Shown here in pieces: positions 58,049 to 64,000 of a stretch of DNA of 64,000 bases (positions are counted from its first letter, which is position 1; each line of letters begins with the position of its first letter). The stretch covers positions 48,559-112,558 of the forward strand of contig JASGHF010000002.1 in the NCBI GenBank assembly GCA_047602465.1, in the 5' to 3' direction. Position numbers and translations under genes: made by a program. Below the pieces are notes generated by a model. That model did not search any database, was not told where the DNA came from, and worked only from the letters and a program-made list of their open reading frames with translations. This stretch comes from Micropepsaceae bacterium. GTDB lineage: Bacteria; Pseudomonadota; Alphaproteobacteria; Micropepsales; Micropepsaceae.

Positions 58049-58671
58049 TGGACGGGGACGACGCGGGCGACCGTCCGGCCAGCTTCGCCGAAACCCGGCG
58101 CGAGGTGGTCGCGAAGGCCTATCGCCCGCTCGTCCTGCATGAGGGCACGCTCACGACACCCTCCGGCCCCATGACGATGCGGCGCGAGATCTTCGAGATC
58201 GGCCAGGTCTGCGCCCTCGTTCCCTACGATCCCGACCGCGAGATGCTGGTGCTGCAGCGCCAGTTCCGCATGGGCGCGCATGTCCAGGGCGAGAAGGCGC
58301 TGCTGGTCGAAATCGCGGCGGGGTTGGTGGAAGACGGCGAAGACCCTGAAGCCTGCGCCATCCGCGAGACCGAAGAAGAACTCGGCATCGCCGCCCGCGA
58401 CCTCGTGCGCGGCCCCGTTTTCATGCCCTCCACCGGCTGGCTCGGCGAGACGGCGCATCTCTTCTGCGGCCGCGTGGATGCCGGCCGCCTCCCCGCCCAT
58501 GCCGGCGCCGCAGGCGAGACGGAATACACCGAACCATTCGCGGTCAGCCCCGCCATCGCCCTGAAAGCCCTCGACGAAGGCCGCATCCGCAACGGCTTCA
58601 CCGTCCTCGGCCTTCTCTGGTTCGCCCGCGAGCGCGCGAATATCCGCAAGGCATGGGGCTATACGGTTTGA
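58048..58671 (+). CDS. NUDIX hydrolase (ADP-ribose pyrophosphatase-like)
   Basis: Nudix box GLVEDGEDPEACAIRETEEELG. Confidence 0.9.
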   Translation: MDGDDAGDRPASFAETRREVVAKAYRPLVLHEGTLTTPSGPMTMRREIFEIGQVCALVPYDPDREMLVLQRQFRMGAHVQGEKALLVEIAAGLVEDGEDPEACAIRETEEELGIAARDLVRGPVFMPSTGWLGETAHLFCGRVDAGRLPAHAGAAGETEYTEPFAVSPAIALKALDEGRIRNGFTVLGLLWFARERANIRKAWGYTV

Positions 58672-58704
58672 TCTGCCTCAAGGCGCGCAGCAACGGAGGA
58701 TGAC

Positions 58705-58953
58705 ATGACCTCGGACATGGCCGCACGCGAAGTCAAACGATCCCTCTCCATCGCCGGACACCGGACCTCGGTGTCTCTGGAGGCGCCCTTCTGGGACACG
58801 TTGAAGGAGATCGCCGCGCAGGAAGGACAGAGCGTTGCGTCCCTTGTCGCGACCATCGATCAGGGCCGCGATCCCGGCGGCCTGTCGCTCTCCGGCGCGA
58901 TCCGCGTCTATGTGCTGAACCGTCTCAAGGCCCGCCTCAGCCTCGGCCGCTGA
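58705..58953 (+). CDS. Ribbon-helix-helix domain protein (RHH_4 type)
   Basis: KRSLSIAGHRTSVSLEAPFW..L.EIA, LSGAIRVYVL. Confidence 0.88.
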   Translation: MTSDMAAREVKRSLSIAGHRTSVSLEAPFWDTLKEIAAQEGQSVASLVATIDQGRDPGGLSLSGAIRVYVLNRLKARLSLGR

Positions 58954-59005
58954 CCTGGCTTGCCAGCCCGGCATGTTCATGTAACGTTCCGGCCAGGAGG
59001 ACGCC

Positions 59006-59611
59006 ATGACCCTGACGCTCATTCACGCTCCGAACTCGCGCTCGACCTCATATATCTGGCTGCTGGAGGAGATCGGCGCGCCTTACGATATCCGGCGCGT
59101 CACGATCCGCCGGGCGGGCAGCGAGGAAGGCCTCGACCCCGCCAATCCGCACCCGCACGGCAAGGTGCCTGCCCTGCTGCACGACGGCGCGCTGATCCAC
59201 GAGCAGGTCGCCATCACGCTCTACCTGACCGATCTGTTTCCCAAGGCGAAACTCGGTCCGGCCGTGGGCGACGCGCTGCGCGGCCCATACGTCACCTGGC
59301 TCGCCTACTATGCCGGCGTCATCGAACCCGCCTTCATGTCGAAATTCATGAATATGGACGTGCCGCGCGGCACCGCTGGCTGGGTGAAGGTGGAAGAGGT
59401 GATCGGCCACATCGCGAACAGCCTGAAGGACCGCCCCTACCTGCTCGGCGACAGCTTCACGGCGGCCGATCTCGTCATCGGCGGCACCTTCGCCTTTTTC
59501 GGCCAGAGCCCGATGATGCCGAAGAACGACATCATCGCCGCCTATGGCGCACGCTGCGTCGACCGCCCGGCCTTCAGGAAATCGCGCGAGCTTGACGGCC
59601 AGCCCGACTAG
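59006..59611 (+). CDS. Glutathione S-transferase family protein
   Basis: APNSRS, NPHPHGKVPAL, EQVAITLYL, YLLGDSFTAADL. Confidence 0.9.
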   Translation: MTLTLIHAPNSRSTSYIWLLEEIGAPYDIRRVTIRRAGSEEGLDPANPHPHGKVPALLHDGALIHEQVAITLYLTDLFPKAKLGPAVGDALRGPYVTWLAYYAGVIEPAFMSKFMNMDVPRGTAGWVKVEEVIGHIANSLKDRPYLLGDSFTAADLVIGGTFAFFGQSPMMPKNDIIAAYGARCVDRPAFRKSRELDGQPD

Positions 59612-59625
59612 GGCAGATTGCCGCC

Positions 59626-59817
59626 ATGGCCGAGATCATCAACCTCAACAAGGTGAAGAAGCAGAAGGCGCGCGCGGAAAAGGAACGCGCCGCCGATGCC
59701 AATCGCGCCAAATTCGGCCGCAGCAAAGCCGAACGCACCCGCGCCGAGGCCGAACAGGACAAGCTCGACGCCGCACTCGACGGCGCGAAACTCGAAGACG
59801 AGACGCCCACCGAATGA
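59626..59817 (+). CDS. DUF4169 family protein
   Basis: MAEIINLNKVKK.KAR..K...A..NRAKFGRSKAE. Confidence 0.88.
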   Translation: MAEIINLNKVKKQKARAEKERAADANRAKFGRSKAERTRAEAEQDKLDAALDGAKLEDETPTE

Positions 59818-60950
59818 CCGGACCTCTCAGCGGCATCCGCGTGCTGGATCTCACGCGCGTCCTCGCCGGCCCGTTCTGCACCATGATGCTGGGCGAACAG
59901 GGCGCAGAGATCATCAAGATCGAAACGCCCAAGGGCGGCGACGACAGCCGCCATATCGGCCCCTTCGTCGATGGCCGCTCGGGCTATTTCATGTCGATCA
60001 ATCGCGGCAAGAAATCCATCGCGCTGAACCTGAAAGCCACCGCTGACCGCGCCCATTTCGAGCGCCTTCTGGAAACCGCCGACGTGCTGGTCGAGAACTA
60101 TCGCGGCGGCACGATGGAGAAGCTCGGCTATGGCTGGGAGGCGCTGCGCGTCCGCTATCCGCGCCTCATCTACTGCGCCATCTCGGGCTTCGGCCACACC
60201 GGCCCCTATGCCACCCGCCCCGCCTACGACATGATCGTGCAGGCGATGAGCGGCGTCATGTCGGTGACCGGCTACCCCGGCGAGCCGCCCGCCCGCGTCG
60301 GCGTTTCGGTGGGCGATCTCGTCGCCGGCATCTACGGCGCGGGCGCCATCCAGGGCGCGCTTTTCCACCGGGAGAAGACGGGCGAGACGCAGAAGCTCGA
60401 TATCTCGATGCTCGACTGCCAGGTCTCGCTGCTCGAGAACGCCATCGCGCAGGCGCATGTGAACGGCGTTCCGCCCGGCCCCTTGGGCGCGCGCCATCCC
60501 TCCATCGCGCCCTTCGGCATGTTCCAGGCGCGCGACGGCTATCTCGCCATCGCCGCCGGCAACGACACGCTGTTCCAGGAGCTTTGCGTCACGCTGGGCA
60601 TGACGGCGGAAGCCGCCGATCCGCGTTTCGCCAGCAACCCCTCGCGCATGGACCATGTCGATGCGCTGACCGCCGCCCTGAATGCCGCCCTCGCCGCCGC
60701 CGACCGCGCCCATTGGTTCGCGAAGCTGGAGGCCGCCGGCATTCCCTGCGGCCCCATCAACAATGTCGCCGACGTCATGGCCGACCCGCAGATTCTGGCC
60801 CGCAACATGATCGTCAGGATCGAAGACCCCGCCGGCCCCTTCCCGACGCCCGGAAATCCCATCAAATCCTCGATCTTCCCCGACAAATCCACGCGCCCGC
60901 CAGCGCCCGCGCTGGACGAACACCGGGCGGAAATTCTCGGCGAGCGCTGA
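59814..60950 (+). CDS. CaiB/BaiF family CoA transferase
   Basis: LSGIRVLDLTRVLAGP, NRGKKS, ISGFG, AYDMIVQA. Confidence 0.93.
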   Translation: MTGPLSGIRVLDLTRVLAGPFCTMMLGEQGAEIIKIETPKGGDDSRHIGPFVDGRSGYFMSINRGKKSIALNLKATADRAHFERLLETADVLVENYRGGTMEKLGYGWEALRVRYPRLIYCAISGFGHTGPYATRPAYDMIVQAMSGVMSVTGYPGEPPARVGVSVGDLVAGIYGAGAIQGALFHREKTGETQKLDISMLDCQVSLLENAIAQAHVNGVPPGPLGARHPSIAPFGMFQARDGYLAIAAGNDTLFQELCVTLGMTAEAADPRFASNPSRMDHVDALTAALNAALAAADRAHWFAKLEAAGIPCGPINNVADVMADPQILARNMIVRIEDPAGPFPTPGNPIKSSIFPDKSTRPPAPALDEHRAEILGER

Positions 60951-61006
60951 GGGCCTGCGACATTGGCGTCGTTGCGCCTGCGGCTCAGGCCGACGACCCT
61001 AGCGGC

Positions 61007-62710
61007 ATGAACACGCGAATCCTGTTTGCCGCCGCCGTCTTCGCCCTCACCCTGGCGGGAAGCGCCCGCGCCGAAGACCCCGGCTTCGTCGACTGCACCG
61101 CCCCCGGCTTCGCCGCAGAGGCCCGTCTCGATCCCGGCTTCCAGTGCGCCGAGGGCGCGCGCCAGACATTGAACGCCGGCGGCCGCACCATCGGCGTCCG
61201 CTCGCTCTACGACGCCCGTTCCGGCGACGTCCTCACCAGCTATGCCGTGCTGGTCATGCAGGCGACGAAGAAATCCGTCGAAACCTATGCCGGCATCCGC
61301 AACTGGGAGTTCGCCAACATCACCGTCATCGTGATGGACCCCGAGATGAAGGACGGCGGCGTGCCCGTGCCGCACAAGGAGCAGTTCGAGAAGGCCGCGG
61401 CGGATGCCGAACCGATGGCCTTCCCGACGGACTGCATCATCCGCCTGTCCGCCGCCGGTATCGAAAAGAAAACGGTCGACCAGAAATTCGCCGGCGCTCT
61501 GGATTCAGCCCAGAACACCATCGCGCATGAGGTCTTCCACTGCGTCCAGGGCTGGAACTACCGCGAGGGGATGCTGAACCCGGCTGGACTCTGGTGGGTC
61601 GAAGGCGCGGCCGCCCACTTCGCCACGCTCGTCTATGACGGCGGCTACCAGACGCAGCAATTCTACCAGAAGTTCGCCGATACGATCGCCACAGTCCCGC
61701 TCACGAGCCAGCCTTACTCCAGCGCCTATTTCTTCGCCTGGCTGTGGGGCCAGAAGCCGGACGACGTCATCAAGCTCATGGCGGCCATGCCGGCATCGGG
61801 CGGCGAGGCGGACCAGCAGGCCGCCGTCTATGCGCTTCTGCGCGACCGTCTCGACACCTTCGCGCGCGACGCCGTCGACGGGAAGGTGAAGGACGTCGCC
61901 GGGCGTGTGCTGCCCTCGCCGATCCCGACGACGACACAGCCCTTCACCGAGACCCGCAGCGTCGATCTCGGCGTCTTCCCGTTCGAGCTTTTCTATCACG
62001 AGCTGGAGTTCAAGGACGGCATCTACAATTTCGGCGCCGACGCCGCGAACAATCTCTACAACCGCAACGCAGACTCCGATGCGTGGGAGAACGCCAGCCG
62101 CTTCTGGGCGCAGGGCGGCTGCGGCAAGACGCTGCGCTATTATCTCGCCGGCATGCGCGGCGAGCCGGGCACCCAGAAGCTGAAATTCACCGCCGAACGC
62201 CTGCCGGGCGATTGCGAGCAATGCGTCGTGGTCGAGGAAAAAGACCAGTGCCTCGTGGGACAGTGGCGCATCAACAATGAATCGCTGGTCGGCGCGATCG
62301 CCGAATATCTGGGCGAGTCCGTCGAGCAGATGGTCGTCTCCGGCTTCGGCGGCATGAATGTCCGCGCCGACGGCACGCACAGCTTCGCCTTCAAGAAGCT
62401 CGTCGTCGAAGGCAAGCCCACCGCCAGCGGCCCGGCCGTCGCCTTCCTCATCGGGCTTCAGGGCGTCATCGACAGTTCCTGGGGCGCCGCCAACGGCCAT
62501 ATGGGCATGTGCTACAAGGGATCGGAAGCCGTCCTGCAGACCCGCGTGCCCGGCGGCAGCAGCGAGATGATGAGCTTCAACGATCTGATGATCGGGATGC
62601 CCAGCCGTCAGGACTACGACTATCAGTGCGTCTCGAAGACCGAGCTTCTGTTGACGCTGAAGGTCAACGGCAACCAGCCGATCACCATCCGCTTCGACCG
62701 TCTCGACTAG
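61007..62710 (+). CDS. Secreted putative zinc metallopeptidase (HExxH-x20-E) with C-terminal beta-rich domains
   Basis: Signal peptide MNTRILFAAAVFALTLAGSARA; AHEVFHCVQ...WWVEGAA; Cys-rich linker. Confidence 0.68.
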   Translation: MNTRILFAAAVFALTLAGSARAEDPGFVDCTAPGFAAEARLDPGFQCAEGARQTLNAGGRTIGVRSLYDARSGDVLTSYAVLVMQATKKSVETYAGIRNWEFANITVIVMDPEMKDGGVPVPHKEQFEKAAADAEPMAFPTDCIIRLSAAGIEKKTVDQKFAGALDSAQNTIAHEVFHCVQGWNYREGMLNPAGLWWVEGAAAHFATLVYDGGYQTQQFYQKFADTIATVPLTSQPYSSAYFFAWLWGQKPDDVIKLMAAMPASGGEADQQAAVYALLRDRLDTFARDAVDGKVKDVAGRVLPSPIPTTTQPFTETRSVDLGVFPFELFYHELEFKDGIYNFGADAANNLYNRNADSDAWENASRFWAQGGCGKTLRYYLAGMRGEPGTQKLKFTAERLPGDCEQCVVVEEKDQCLVGQWRINNESLVGAIAEYLGESVEQMVVSGFGGMNVRADGTHSFAFKKLVVEGKPTASGPAVAFLIGLQGVIDSSWGAANGHMGMCYKGSEAVLQTRVPGGSSEMMSFNDLMIGMPSRQDYDYQCVSKTELLLTLKVNGNQPITIRFDRLD

Positions 62711-62714
62711 GCTT

Positions 62715-63149
62715 CTAGGCGCGGATCGACACCAGCACGGCGCCCGTCGCGATCAGCCCGATCCCGGCCCAGTTCACGAGGCTCAGTTTCTCGCCGAGGA
62801 ACGACACGCCGAACAGCGCGACCAGCACGACGCTCATCTTGTCGATGGGCGCCACCTGCGCCGCCTGCCCGATCTGCAGCGCCCGGAAATAGCAGATCCA
62901 CGACGCGCCGGTCGCAAGACCCGAAAGGATCAGAAACACCCATGTCCGCTGGCTCACCACCCCGGGCGGCTGCCACTGTCCCGTCATCGACAGGATCACG
63001 GCGAGCGCGCCGATGATCACGATCGTGCGGATGAAGGTCGCGAAGTCCGGATTGACCCCCGCGACCCCGACCTTCGCGAACACCGCCGTCAGCGCCGCGA
63101 ACACGGCCGACAGGATCGCCCAGAATTGCCAGGATGCGGTCCACGTCAT
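62715..63149 (-). CDS. EamA/DMT family transporter (single domain)
   Basis: SAVFAALTAVFAK, LSGLATGASWICYFRAL, APIDK.SV. Confidence 0.9.
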   Translation of the reverse strand: MTWTASWQFWAILSAVFAALTAVFAKVGVAGVNPDFATFIRTIVIIGALAVILSMTGQWQPPGVVSQRTWVFLILSGLATGASWICYFRALQIGQAAQVAPIDKMSVVLVALFGVSFLGEKLSLVNWAGIGLIATGAVLVSIRA

Positions 63150-64000
63150 CGCTTTACGATCCGCATCTTCATGCCGCCGCGCGGGCGCAGCGTGATGGTG
63201 CAATACGGGTCCACCTTGTCCGGTGCCACCACCTCGAAGCGATAGCGCTGCAGCATCGTGGCGAGCAGCAGCACCGCCTCCTGCATCGCGAACGCCATGC
63301 CGATGCAGATGCGCGGCCCCGCGCCGAACGGAAAATAGGCGAAGCGGTGGATCGCCTCGCGCCTGCCGGGCGCGAACCGTTCGGGATCGAACAATGCCGG
63401 CTCGTCCCACAGCCTCTCGTGGCGGTGGACGATCCATGGCGAGACCACGACCTGCGTTCCGGCCTTCACCGGAAACCCGGCCAGCTCGTCCGGCTCCAGC
63501 GCCTCGCGCACCAGAAACGGCGCGGGCGGATACAGCCGCATCGCTTCCTCGATCACCTGCCGCGTATAGGTCAGCTTCGCGACATCCTCCGCCTCCGCCA
63601 GCCGCCCGTTCAGCACGCGCGTCAGCTCGTCCTGTATCCTCGCGTCGGCCCAGGGGAATTCCGAAAGAAGATACAGCGTCCAGCACAGCGCATTCGCCGT
63701 CGTCTCGTGGCCTGCGCCGATGAAGGTGATGACGTTGTCGATCACCTGCCGGTCATCCATCGGGCGCCCGTCTTCCGGATCGGTCGCGGTCAGCAGCATG
63801 GTCAGCAGATCGTCCGGCGCGGCCCCTGCATCGCGCGCCAGCAAGGCCCGCCGCTCGTTCACGATGCGCCCGATCTCGGCGTTGAAGTAACGCAGCACCG
63901 GACGCGCCTTCATCCGCCCCACCGTCGGAATCCATTCCGGCAGATTCAGGAACGACGCGAGGTCGAGCTTGCCCAGCGTGTCGAAATAACGCCCGAAAGC
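63146..64000 (-). CDS. Cytochrome P450, 5' part outside the window
   Basis: AGHETTA (I helix), EEAMRLYPP (ExxR), FDPERF, FPFGAGPRICIG heme motif; frame open to the window end. Confidence 0.95.
   Translation of the reverse strand, partial: AFGRYFDTLGKLDLASFLNLPEWIPTVGRMKARPVLRYFNAEIGRIVNERRALLARDAGAAPDDLLTMLLTATDPEDGRPMDDRQVIDNVITFIGAGHETTANALCWTLYLLSEFPWADARIQDELTRVLNGRLAEAEDVAKLTYTRQVIEEAMRLYPPAPFLVREALEPDELAGFPVKAGTQVVVSPWIVHRHERLWDEPALFDPERFAPGRREAIHRFAYFPFGAGPRICIGMAFAMQEAVLLLATMLQRYRFEVVAPDKVDPYCTITLRPRGGMKMRIVKR

Noticed and set aside
62715-63686. P450-EamA fusion
   Set aside because: The upstream part is an off-frame reading of the P450; EamA starts at ATG63149, overlapping the P450 stop.

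Overview
GC-rich alphaproteobacterial chromosome segment; the permuted two-piece tmRNA, GTTC-N7-GTTC LexA box, alpha-type SspB and CGTC-type REPs all point to this class. The core backbone is pyrC, ygfZ, tag, hppD/maiA, ppk2, tRNA-Lys(CTT), mreBCD-mrdA-rodA, leuA, ilvB(I)-ilvN(H)-ilvC, miaA, serB, degP-hflC-hflK, mrp/apbC, folA/thyA, ssrA, sspB and fumC, interleaved with accessory genes. Most notable: (1) a four-gene cluster matching the mycobacterial methylmannose-polysaccharide genes (manT/omT/mmpH/meT1-like) at 7152-10882; (2) a 952-aa TIR - Ser/Thr kinase - TM - RodZ-C(DUF4115)-like - CAP-like protein whose TIR lacks the canonical catalytic Glu; (3) a GIY-YIG nuclease enclosed by inverted CGTC-type REP elements, at the end of a LexA-box-led gene run; (4) two different palindromic repeats embedded in-frame in ygfZ; (5) two tandem tRNA fragments beside a Dam-like MTase plus SacI-like endonuclease pair; (6) a 35-bp duplication of the tmRNA 3' hairpin; (7) a +1 frameshift in ilvC. 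Family assignments come from motifs read in the translations and from recalled family sequences; no database searches were run.
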